A stretch of 64,000 nt of DNA from the human T2T-CHM13v2.0 reference genome, Homo sapiens. Numbering within the stretch: the first letter of the stretch is position 1; each line of letters starts with the position of its first letter. Both the position numbers and the translations under genes were made by a program. Location: NCBI RefSeq assembly GCF_009914755.1, contig NC_060944.1, one strand, 5' to 3'. Under the pieces are notes generated by a model. It was not told the DNA's origin, made no database searches, and worked only from the letters and a program-made list of their open reading frames with translations. Shown here piece after piece: positions 1 to 12,600 of the stretch.

Positions 1-39
1 ACGGCACGGACCACCACGGAGCATGTGCGTCTCAGCCAC

Positions 40-230
40 GTCAGAGTGGTTCAGAGTGCTTGGCCTCACGCAGACCTGGCTATGAATCTCAGGTAGGATT
101 GTTGCTTACCTGAAGCCACATCTTCAAAGCCTCAGTTTTGTAATCTGCAAAATGGGTATAATAATACCGTTATATATCTTAATCCTATTTCCAAGATACA
201 GGCAAGCTAACAGGTTCAAATGAGAAAATG
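40..230 (+). mobile_element. MIR SINE fragment
   Basis: MIR core-like 'gcctcagttttgtaatctgcaaaatgggtataataatacc'. Confidence 0.7.
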
Positions 231-2456
231 CTTCTGGGGCAAAGCCTGAAGTGGCAGCATTTCTTCCTCTTCTACCTTCCAAGTAGGTCCTTTGCTTACT
301 GGGTAAAGGGAAGATCGCCGGAGCCCTGAGAGTCTATGTGGACATACCTAGGAGAGCTGGGGTCGCCAAGGAAAACTGTAGAAGGTGGGAGGGAGGAGGG
401 CACTAAAGAGAGGAGAGGGGAAGGAGGAGGAGGGGGTAGGAGGCTGGGAGGAAGGCCTCCAGGGTGGACTCTGGACAGGGCAGGAGGGCTCCCTGACCGT
501 GGTGTGCCAGGGATCCCAGCATACAAGCTTCCATTTGTCTCCAAAAGCCTGATCTGCACAACATAAATGAGGAGGGATGTAGAGACTTCCCAGCTCTTCT
601 CATGCCTAGGCACTTAGATGATTTAGGGAGAAACCACTGGAAAATTAATTATCCAGATAATTGCCTAACACTTAACTTCACTTTATAAAATGGAAACTTG
701 ATTGTGAGTCTTGACATCCACCCCTTCAGTGTCCTTCAGAAAACAGCTGTGGCCCCTTCCTGAGAACCTGGAGCATTCGCGCTTTTCCTTTCATTTGTGG
801 ATTGTGACGCTGGCTCAGCCTGTGCTTGGGCTCCACTGCAGAGTTGCGCGGCTGGTGGAGGCTTGTGCTCAGGTTGTAATAAAGCAATAGCCTTTCACCT
901 TCCCAGGCCGGGCCCACAAACAGGCAGGTGGCAGACTTACATGTTGAGTTCCAGGTGTCTTTGGAATTAATCTCGTGTCAGAAAATTATATGAGATGATG
1001 CCTGATGCCTCTTGTCCATAATAGATCTTAGTCCCTCATTTAAGGATTTCCTTACACTGCTTGATAGAGAAGAAAAGCCAGCCTTAAGTAGCTTTATGTA
1101 GGGAGCTTGATTTCTGAAAAGATTGCTAATCCTAGTGGGAATTTATATAAAAGCGTTCAGACTCTGCAGAACAGCCACGTTTTCGATATTTATCAAATGC
1201 AGCTCTTCTTGTGTGAATAATGCATTCTGGGGCAGGCTTGGTAAATTGCTTTAGTTAATGAATTTCAAAGGTAGAGATGGTTGTTGAAGCATCTCATCTG
1301 GTGAGCTTGCTGTTTGAGTTTTGCTATTTATTCAGTTTTTAAATTTTTCCAATTGTTGAAGAGTTTTCCCACACCGTACAGAAGTAAGGCAGGGAAAGCA
1401 AGAGGTGTGTGATTTGGTTGATTCTTCACACTTCATCTTTGTGATGCATTTTTTTTTATGTGTAAAGGCCTTGCAGGCCTTGTGATTCAGACAGTAAAAC
1501 CTTGAGAAAGTGGCCCCTGGCAGGTGGAGAAGATATGAAATAGGGGAGTGAGACAAAAACAGAAAACTGAGTGACACTTATTATGTTTCTCAGCTTTTCC
1601 ACCATCCATTTACACCACAGCCCTGGGTTCTAACCAGTCTGCCTTCTTATAATAACACACTTAATAAAAAGCATAGCTGGTATTTAATCTTGTAACTTCT
1701 TAGAAGTTAAACTAGTGATGTGTCTTCTCCTAAGTTAGCAGTATAGAAAAAGCTTCTATTAAGAAGCAAATAAAGAAATGAAAATCAAACTTCCTGGGAA
1801 GTAATTATATGAGTTTATAATAAGCCATAAGACATTTGAAAGGAAGGGGAAAAAAGCCAATGAAAGAGTGTATTGAGGATATTAAGTAATTTTAATGTCA
1901 CCATTTGATATCCAGGAATTTGAACAATTTATAGTTCTTGAAATTGTCAAATTGAAGCATTCATTTTTCTGTCATGGGAGCAGTGGCAGTGATGGGGGAT
2001 TATATATCTCAGCATATAAGAAGAAGGAACTCGCATTGCACTTTGAAGATGCAAGTTCCTGTGGGGCGGCCCAGCAGAGACGTCAGGGCTGAGCTTGCTG
2101 GGTTCGCATGTGTGGAATCCCAGCCGGCTGTGAGGTCCTCCAGGAAGTGACGGGACCCCCCTGAGCTTCTTCCAGTGTCCTGTCTCTCATGGGAGGAGGA
2201 TGCTATTACCACCCACTTCTTAGGTCCTCAGGAGTAAAGGATTCAGTGTGTGGAAAAGGCTCTGTGTGGAGCTGGGTCCAGGGTGCGCTCAACCCATAAC
2301 AACCAGAGCCACAGAGAAAGATGGTGCCTTCTGGGCAGCTCACCTGCAGACAATCTGCAGGCTGTAGATTTGATTCTATGTATTTAAAAACCAAATACTT
2401 GGCCTATCTTTCTTTGCGGAATTATAAGATATAATCTGAAAGACCAAAAAGTGACC

Positions 2457-2827
2457 TGATATGGTTTGGCTGTGTTCCCACCCAAATCTCATCTTGAATT
2501 GTAGTTCCCATAATCCCCACATGTTGTGGGAGGGACCCAGTGGGAGGTAATTGAATCATGGGGGCAGTGACCCTCATGCTGTTCTCCTGATAGTGAGCGA
2601 GTTCTCACAAGATCTGAGGGTTTTATAAGGGGCTTTTCCCTCTTTTGCTCTGCACTTCTTCCTGCCGCCTTGTGAAGAAGGATAGGTTTGCTTCCCCTTC
2701 TGCCATGGTTGTAAGTTTCCTGAGGCCTCCCCAGCCCTGTGGAACTGTGAGTCAATTAAACCTCTTTCTTTTATAAATTACCCAGTTTCGGTAGTTCTTC
2801 ATAGCAGTGTGAGAACAGACTAACACA
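2457..2827 (+). mobile_element. THE1/MST-type MaLR solo LTR (THE1D-like)
   Basis: Starts TGATATGGTTTGGCTGTG, ends GACTAACACA; contains ATTAAA polyA signal; 5-bp TSD tgacc/tggcc (1 mismatch). Confidence 0.92.
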
Positions 2828-2884
2828 TGGCCATCCTGGTGACCTGTGTGCACTCTGATGAAATTCCGCAGCATGAGTCTGCCT

Positions 2885-3660
<776 letters not shown>

Positions 3661-3669
3661 GTGTTTTAT

Positions 3670-3910
3670 TTTCTTTAACAGCTTTATTGAGATATAATTC
3701 ACATACCATAAAATTCACCTTTTTAATATAATTCAGTGGTTTCTAGTTTATTCAGTTATGCAGCCATCACCACCAATTCAAGCACATTTTCATCACCCCA
3801 AAAAGTTCTATGTAATTTTTCATCTCACGTGTAGATTTGTGTAACCACCACAACCAACATCCCAGAGTGTTACATCTCCACAAGCATATACTTTGTAAAG
3901 ACATCAATAT
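3670..3910 (-). mobile_element. Old L1M (L1MB-like) 3' end
   Basis: 'aacagctttattgagatataattcacataccataaaattcacc' is the typical antisense L1M 3' terminus. Confidence 0.75.
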
Positions 3911-4589
3911 CAAGTCCAACTTTGAGATACAGGAAGATGAGATGGAAAGCATATACACTGCTTGGTGATGTTCAATATGTAAGCACTCCAGAAGAAAGCA
4001 CAGCCACAAGGTCTATGGCTTGTCCATGAAACCTCTGTGAGGGTGACAACTGCAAACACCCACAGCCCAGGGTGGGCTGGCAGTGCGAGTGCCTCAAATC
4101 AGTGTGCCTGTGGGTTGTGTGATTCTCTGAATTGGTGAAGAGCTCTAGGAAATTTCTGAGCTGCACAAAGGACAGCTTCCCTTCTGTGCATATGGCAATC
4201 GCACTCCTGAAAAATTCAGTGAAGGATTTTAATAAATCCCGCAAAAACCAGGTGATGTTTATATGTAAAACAAAATGAAGATCTGGACTCGGGTAATCAT
4301 AAACTTCTAGGACTAGCCAGCGACTAGCCAGCCACATGTGGAGCTTCCCATGTGCCATGCAGGGTGCATTCACTGCCCCGGCCTGTGCCCATAAGAAGCT
4401 AATGGCATCCCTAGACATTGGAAAAACCCAAATGTACCTCTCACATTTCCAAACTGCCCCATGGGGTGGTGCCACCCCCATGAGAGCCACTGTGCTTGAC
4501 TCTGAGATCCTCGAGGACGCTGTGTATGGTCCTTACATGTCATCTGCAGCATGGGACCAAGCAAGCATGAAGGAGCCAAACATGCATGC

Positions 4590-4872
4590 AGGTGTGGATA
4601 GATGGATATATGGGTGGATGGAGAATAGGATGGAGAGAATGAAGGATGGGTGGATGGATGGATAGATCTATGGATAGATGGAGAGAAGGAAGGATAGAAG
4701 GATGGATGGATGGATGGATAGATATATGGAGGGAGGGAGAGAAGGAAGGATAGAAGGGAAGAAAGGAAGGAAGGAAAGAGAGAGGGATGGAGAGAAGGAA
4801 GGAGGAATGGCTGGATGGTTGGATGGATAGATGGATGGAGAGTGGATGGATAGATAGGTAGGTGGGTGGACA
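4590..4872. repeat. (GGAT)n/(GGAA)n purine-rich simple repeat
   Basis: Visible ggat/agat/ggaa tetranucleotide runs. Confidence 0.9.
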
Positions 4873-5083
4873 GGAGGACTGATGGCTCTTAAATAACCTC
4901 TGTCTGCAAAACCCTCAGGAACCTGCTGCCCAGCATTTGTACTGAGTTCACCATCTCTACCCTTCAGGCACAATGGGCCTCTCCACTGCTAAATAGAATG
5001 TGTTGGCAACATGGCGGGTGAAATCTTAGGTTGGCTTTTGGAAGAACATTAAGTTGTTTAAGAATCTGAGGTTTTATTGTAGG

Positions 5084-5315
5084 CCAGTGGTTCTCTGCTA
5101 CGGCTGATTTTGACCCCCCAGTGGGCATTTATAAATCCCTAGGGATATTTTTAGTTTTCACAAAGCAGGGGAGTGTGAACTGGCATCTAGTTGGTAGAGT
5201 CCACCCTGGGGATAAGCAGGGGTGCTGCTATACATCTCTCAATGCCAGGGCAGCTCCCACATCAATAAATAATTCACCCACGTGGTTGAAAGTGCTGGGG
5301 TCGGGAAACTCTGCT
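5084..5315 (+). mobile_element. MER20 (hAT-Charlie non-autonomous DNA transposon)
   Basis: cagtggttctc ... actggcatctagttggtagag ... gggaaactctg termini and internal motifs. Confidence 0.75.
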
Positions 5316-6149
5316 GAAGGTGAGGAGCTATATTATTTCTTAAAAGCCATTATAATGTGCATAACTGATCTTTGGAACACTGAGGACTGTAGAAAGATCT
5401 TGTGCACCTTCAGAAGACAACAGACACGGGAGAGGCAGCTCCAGAGAGGAGCTCCGTGAGGAAGCTTCCTGAGGTGTCTTTAGAGCAGAAAGTGTGTTCC
5501 GTATGTTGGATGTGTCATTAGTATGATTATATGTGCTTATGTGAAGACACAGCTGTTCTATAAATGCAGCAAAGCTTCTGAGAATAATAGGAGAACTTCT
5601 CCTGGGGGTGAGTAAGTTAACATGCTGGGAATGAGAAGCTTGGATTCACAATGGGGTAATAAATGGAAACTCGCTGCACAAAGAAGAATTGGTGTTTTAA
5701 TTTGTCAGAAAATTACTGAGTGGCAAAAGGGGCTTTGTGCCAGACTTCTCCTTTCAGAGCGTGAATTTTCCTTAAAAGAGAGCAAACCTGTGTTTACAGC
5801 ATCCACCTGAAACAGAGAAAATGATAAGGACAAAGGACCTCCGTGAGGTTCACAGACAAGCCACAGTGTTGCTATCACCACGGGGGCCCTTTTGGAGACA
5901 AGGAGCGGACAAGGTCATGGTGGTGGCTGCAGTCCTGCTCTTCCACTTACCTGGGATGTTACCAACATCCCCAGTCACTTTCTCTGCCCACCTCTACTGT
6001 CTCTGTCACTCTCTACCGTCTGTGGAGCAAAAGGGTGGCTTGTTGGATCCTCCTTCAGATAACTCTGTTAAAAAAGACACTAGGATAGAGAGAGCCAGAG
6101 ATGTGAACAGGATATAGAGCCACCCTGAGAAATTCAACTCCCAAAGCAG

Positions 6150-7525
6150 GTGAAATTTGGTGGTGACTGTGATGTGAGTGACAGTGGCAGGGATGATGAC
6201 AATGGTGGTGATAGTGATGGGGGACAGGTGACAGTGATTGGTGGTGGTGGCAAAGATGGTGATAGTAGTGATGATGGTGATGCTGATGGTCACCATGGTG
6301 ATGGTATGATGGTCATGATCATGATGGTGCTGACAGTGCTGGCACTGGTGGTGGTGATGGTAAGATGGTCATGGTCATGATGATGACAGTGCTGACACTG
6401 GTGGTGGTGTTGGGATGGTGATGGTTATGATGGTGATGGCAGTGCTGACACTGGTGGTGGCGGTGGTGGTGGTAGTCTTATCATGGTGATGGCCATGATG
6501 TTGATGACAGTGCTGATGCTGGTGGTGGCGGTGATGGTTATGGTCATGATGGTGACAACAGTGTTGACACTGGTGGTGGTGGTGATGGTGATGGTATGAC
6601 TGACACTAGTGGTGGTGATGGTCATGGTCATGACGGTGATGGCAGTGCTGACACTGTGGTGGTAATAGTGGTGATGGTATAGTCATGGTCATGATGATGA
6701 CAGTGCTGACACTGGTGGTGGTGTTGGGATGGTGATGGTTATGATGTTGATGGCAGTGCTGACACTGGTGGTGGCAGCGGTGGTGGTGGTGGTGGTAGTC
6801 ATATCATGGTGATGGTCATGATGTTGATGACAGTGCTGATGGTGGTGGTGGTGGTGATGGTTATGGTCATGATGTTGATGACAGTGCTGATGCTGGTGGT
6901 GGCGGTGATGGTTATGGTCATGATGTTGATGACAGTGCTGATGGTGGTGGCAGTGATGGTTATGGTCATGATGTTGATGACAGTGCTGATGCTGGTGGTG
7001 GTGGTGATGGTGATGGTATGACTGACACTAGTGGTGGTGATGGTCATGGTCATGAGGGTGAGGGCAGTGCTGACGCTGTGGTGGTCATGGTGGTGATGGT
7101 ATGGTGATGGTCATGATGGTGATGACAGTGCTGACACTGGTGGTCATGGTGGTGATGGTCATGGTTGTGATGGTGATGGCAGTGCTGACACTGGTAGTGG
7201 TGGTGGTGCTGATGGTATGGTGATGGTCACGATGGTGATGACAGTGCTGACACTGGTGGTGGTGATGATAATGGAGGTGATGATAGTGATGATGGTGATA
7301 ATGATTTGGATAGTCATAATGGTAATGGTAATGACTGGTGACAGTAGTGGTATTGGTGGTGGTGATGATGGTGATAATGGTAATGATAGTGATGGTGATA
7401 GTCATGATGGTGATGGGTGTAGTGGGGGTGATGAAGACGGTGATGTGGTAGCAGTGGTGACAATGGTGACAGTGGTGGTAGTGATGATGATGGTGGCAGT
7501 GATGGGACAGTAGTGGTGGTGGCAA
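6150..7525. repeat. (GGT/GAT)n low-complexity array with higher-order VNTR units
   Basis: Recurrent unit 'gatgacagtgctgacactggtggtggtg...' and larger duplicated blocks. Confidence 0.92.
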
Positions 7526-7529
7526 TGAG

Positions 7530-8000
7530 TGAAGCCCTGGCAGAGTCAGTGGAACGATCCCTCAGTCCTGCTCTACCTTTCAGTGAATTCACGCTCTGCC
7601 CCACACACCTCATGGCTCTCAGCTCCTCCTGCTTCTCTTGTTCTTCCTACATCTGAGCTTCTGCTATCCCCACTTTTTTTTTTTTTTTCCCTTCTGGAGC
7701 CTGGCAACCTTGGTCCAGCCTCTGAGCCCTGGCATTGTCTATTCTGTCTGGAGGCTTCTCATCCACACCTCCCCCTGGCTGTCTCCTTTTTTAGTCAGTT
7801 TGCAGCTCACACTGTGCCCTGGAGAGGCCCCAGTGGCCCCAGCATGGTCTCTGCCTTCATGGGCTGGTGTTGCCTGGTGGCTGCTTTAGCTTCTTTAGGG
7901 CTTGTGTGGCCATCCCCTTCTCCAGAAGGTTGGTCCTGTGGGAGTATCGCTTTATCCCAGTTTTTGGTCCATGCTGGTCAAACACAAAGTTGCCAGTGAG
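7530..8000 (+). mobile_element. Degraded L2 fragment
   Basis: Pyrimidine-rich L2-like 3' region ('gcctctgagccctggcattgtctattctgtctggaggcttctc'). Confidence 0.4.
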
Positions 8001-11000
8001 AACCCTGACTCAGAGCTTTGTGTTCACTTGTGGGGTTGGGTCAGTGTTTGGGTGGCTGTTGGATCCCAGCCAGGAATGGGCATGATGGAGCAATGGTGAG
8101 AGGACCCCAACCCCGGGGTTCCCACCTGATCACACTGCAGTTCTTCACTGGTCACGTATTGGTATTGTGTAGGGAGCCAGGGGTGCCTGCGCCCCCCAGG
8201 ACTCCAGTGTTGGCCATTCACCAAGCTCTCGGAGGATTCCCACAGCAGCTGAGGCCAGGAACCAGTGCCTAGGATGGGGGACGCTCACAACCAGTGCAAG
8301 AGAAGTGGCCCAGGGAGGGATGGAGAGCGGGAGGGACATGGTGAGGACACCATAGATGCGGGCTGACAAGGCTGACCTGTGGTCCAGGGACCCTGTCTTC
8401 ACCCTGTGAAGAACAACACAGTGATTTATGTTTTCATGTCTCTTCCTGTGGTTGTCCTTAAAGTACCAGGAGTTAGGCCGGGATCTGGGAGGCAGAAATG
8501 ATTCCCCCAGGCTCACATGAGCGCTTCGCAGCCCGAGTTAAGGACTTCTCAGAAGGCAGCTCCTTGAACCCACACACCACCCCAGGGCAGGAAAAGGGAG
8601 ACAGAGCCTGTGATCCACAGAAGGTCACACCACAGTACCTGATAAAGCTCCGCAAGCTGACCCCAGGGCCGCAGGTACCCCCACACCTGGGACCTCACAC
8701 TCCAGGAACCAATGGCAGAGTGATGGGTTGCTGGGTGTCTCGAGGCCCAAGCAGAGGCTGACAGTGGGGCCTGGGACCATGCATTGTCAATCAGTGGATA
8801 TTATCCCTTAGTAGAAATTCAATAAATATTTGTTAAATGAATGTGCAAGGTGTAAAACTCAAGGAGAAAGGCTGTTAACAGGGAGCGCTTTGCCCTCGGC
8901 TAGCACATAATAAACACTGAATAGCCAGGTGCCCACTGTCGGACTTTTCATTGGTGCCTCTGCTCCCTTCCTAAGGAAGGGAAACCTGCAATCAATATGA
9001 GCAGCTCATCCTGACAGCAGAATTTTGTAGCAGAAAAAGGGTGCTCTGTCTCTTTAAGGAATGCAGGTATGCCCAGGTGATCTGAGGGTGAGACCAGCTT
9101 CTCTCAGCTGGGCCCCAGAAACCTTGATGCCTGGCCTCATTGGAGAAACTGGGGAGGTTTGGATCCCAGTTTTGCCCAACCAAAGGTGGGCAGTAGGGGG
9201 CCCCAGAGCCCCCGGCCTCACCTGCCGCTGGAAGCAGCCTCATTTTACAAGGGTCCATGTTTGGGGATAAGGGCCTTGGGCCAGGAGGTGGTCTGCTGAG
9301 GCTGCAAAGGCCAGGCCGCCCTGTCCAGGTATGCACGGAGGCGTCCCTAAGTGGTGAGGTGGCACCCATAGGAGGAAACATGTTGAGTGGGTGTCCTAGG
9401 AACCCTTGAGGGGCTGCAGACCTGGCTGGCTGTTCTGCAGAGAAGGGGCTCATGGTGGGAAAGGGAGCCGTGTGTGTTGAACTTGGCTTCAGGGTGGCAG
9501 CAGGCCTCTCGAGAGCTGGGGGCTTGAGAAGGTCATCCATGGGTGTATCTGGCTCGATGCATGGCCCCAGCTGTTCTGTGATTGTTGCTGTGAATGATAT
9601 TACTGTTATTCCCTGGTGGCTCTCTTGCCAGCACGGGCTCTCTGCTTTGGCTCCATCAGCCCCTGTTAGGGCAGACCCCTCTCCCTGGGCTGCCCTGTCG
9701 ACAGTATCCTGCTCCCATCTAAGCCGCCTGTTTCCAGGGCCATTACCAGGGAGAATTTGCTGAAGACCAGGTTCCTAATACAGGACTTGGTTGCATTTGT
9801 AGAAACACTGATCTAAATTTGAACCTCTAAAATGAATGTTGGAACCTCCCCTTCCCCCAATTTTACACAAATTATTTTAAAGAGAATATTGATAATCTAG
9901 GAAGCCATTTTTTTTAAAAAAAAATGCAAAATCCCTAAGTCTGGAATTTCAGGTGCATCAGCAAGAAAGACAGCAAGGAAGACAGCCTTATGCGTTCCCT
10001 GCAATTAAAAAGGGTATTAAGAAAATCAAAGCTTCGCAGACACTGTCTCTTAATTGTCAGTTGTGCAGGGTTAATGAACTGCATTAGTTCACTGAAAAAT
10101 AACATATTGACTGTCAGAACCTGCCACAGCAGCAGTGAGGAGCCTCTGTAGAATACCTTTGTAGGAAATTAAAAGTGACTCGGCTTCCGCTGGAAGGAAG
10201 AGACTGAGGGGGCCTGCTCAGAGGGTTCTTTCTGAATGAGTGGGTTCAAGCAAGGGTGATGTGACTTACTCCTGAGTCCAGGCACGGATGCCTGGGAAAT
10301 GCAACGGGACCCACGTGGGAGTGGGAGGGGAGGTGGCCCGCAACGGGGGAGTGAGGGGCGATTACATTTTTCCTGAACTGTTACTCTCTGGAATTTGTGC
10401 CTGTCCTCCTGTGTTATTTCCACATTTGTGAGGTTGTTCACTTAACCTGTGCGCTGACCTGGAATTGTCCCCAACGGAGACGCATGATGTTTGCAGGGGA
10501 ATCTCACTGAACAAGCACCGTGTCTCTTTACACTTGACTAGCAAGTGATGAGAGAGAGACATTATTCAGTGCTTTGCTGCCCAAAGCTCTGGAGTGCCGT
10601 GTGCATTCCCAGGGCCACATGAAGCCCAGTGGCAAAGTCCATGAAACATGAAGATGCCCATTAAAGATGGAGTTGACAAAAGGAGTCCCACTTTTAGTCC
10701 TCCCAGATCAGGTTCCAGCACAGCACTCGCGTGCACTTAAAATTACTACACGGCAGTAAGGCTTCTTGACAAGAAAGTTGTCAAGGGTGGATGGTAGCTG
10801 GATTAATGAATAAATCCAAAATTAACCCAGGACTGGAAGCACTGTGGCTTTGCAAACCTGGCAGATGGAATGCATGGTAAGAAGGGTATTTGAACCGCCA
10901 TCTCCCAGCCTTGCCAAAATCTTGTTACAGGTTTGAATTTTCTGCGGAAGTTCTGCCTTTATTTCATTGGAGTTCTCTTGAAGATGAAGGATATCTTAAG

Positions 11001-11638
11001 ATTTCAGTGGTACAAACCCAATGGGACTGGCCCTTCCCTATCTGGGGTGACCTGGTGCATTGCATCCTCCATGGGGAAGAATTAGTCAAAGTAGTTGTGG
11101 ATCTTCAGAGGTGTGGAGGAGATTTGTTTATATGCAAACGATTTTTAATATGATTACAATTTATTCTCACCTGGTAAATCAAGGGGGTGTAGTAATCCTG
11201 AGGATTCCTGCATCATCTTCTGCCTGTACCAAAAATAACAAAATATCTTAAAAACTAAGTCATCCCATAGGCTTCCCACCACTCACTCAGCTTGTGCATT
11301 GCTCCTGAGCCTCCCTCAGCCCCCTTTGTGCTCCCAGCTGCTCCTCCCTCTCTGCCATGCCTGGGAGGACACTCAGCTCATTGGGGCTCCCCCCTCTCCC
11401 TCCTTCCCTAGGTTTCATCCTCCATCCTTGTCATTGGCCTGACTTTTTCACAATCCCAGGTCTGAATAGATCTCGTCTTTGCTGGAAATATTTTTGTTGC
11501 TCTGAGGAAGATTTACATCATCCTCAGTAAAATCCTGCCAGAAAGGAGGGAGGTGGACAGTCAGCAGCATGGGGTGGGCACCTCACCCGTCAGTCTTCAA
11601 AGGGGATGAAGCAGGAGGGTAAGGATCAGAGCAGGTGG

Positions 11639-11997
11639 TGAAATGGTTTGACTGTGTCCTCATCTAAATCTCACCTTGAATTGTAATAATTCCCCATGTG
11701 TCAAGGACAGAACCAGGTGGAAATAATTGAATAATGGGGGTGGTTTCCACCATACTGTTCTCATGGCAGTGAATAAGTCTCATGAGGTCTGACGGTTTTT
11801 TAAATGGGAGTTTCCCTGCACAAACTCTCTCTTGCCTGCTGCCATGTAAGATGTGCCTTTGCTCTTTCTTCGTCTTCCTCCGTGATTGTGAGGCCTCCCC
11901 AGTCACGTGGAACTGTGAGTCCATTAAACCTCTTCCCTTTATAAATTGCCCAGTTTCTGGTATGTCTTTATTAGCAGCATTAGAACAGAATAATACA
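11639..11997 (+). mobile_element. THE1C-like MaLR solo LTR
   Basis: TG...TAATACA termini, THE1 internal motifs, perfect 5-bp TSD ggtgg (11634-11638 / 11998-12002). Confidence 0.93.
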
Positions 11998-12396
11998 GGT
12001 GGGCACCGGGGCAGGAGTAGGCAGGCAAAGCCCCAAAGTAACAGCAACAAAGGAAGAAAATCCAGGCAGATCTCTACAGAGGAAGAGTGCTCTCAACATC
12101 AAAAGACCAAAGTTCAACCAAGTGAGGTGAGGCCCCATGTACAAAACTGATGAGACTTTTCACACAAAGATGCCTAGGACTCTAACCCAGCCTCAGGAGT
12201 GGACTCAGAATCCTGGGAATCAGGATCTGTCCACACCATGCATGCTTCCACTGCACCATTGTGCAGGGCACTGTGGTTCCCCACCCAATCAGTCAGGAGT
12301 GAAGACAATGGCTTCAAATGTGCATAGGTGGGTCCTGGAGGAGAGGGCGGAGGGTCTCATGTTGAATCCCATCCTATGTAAGCCACAGCACCAGAG

Positions 12397-12600
12397 CTGT
12401 AAAAGAAAAACTGCACCAGGGCAGTCAAATGGTCCGGAAAGACTTTATTCAAGACTCTTGCAACAGGGGAGAGAGACTGAACTCAACTCCACTGAAACAA
12501 AAGGCGGGAGGGATATTCAGCACTGGGTGAGCTGGCAGAAAGGACAGGAGGATGCTAAGGAAGGTGGTTTGTGATTAGGCCATCAGGGGATCAGGGAGGT
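12397..12600 (-). mobile_element. ERV1-class LTR fragment (MER31-like)
   Basis: 'aaagactttattcaagactcttgcaacaggggagagagactgaactcaactcc' resembles the antisense LTR 3' part with an AATAAA signal. Confidence 0.5.

Noticed and set aside
6006-7613. His-, Thr- and Val/Met-rich ORFs
   Set aside because: Products of the GAT/GGT triplet array
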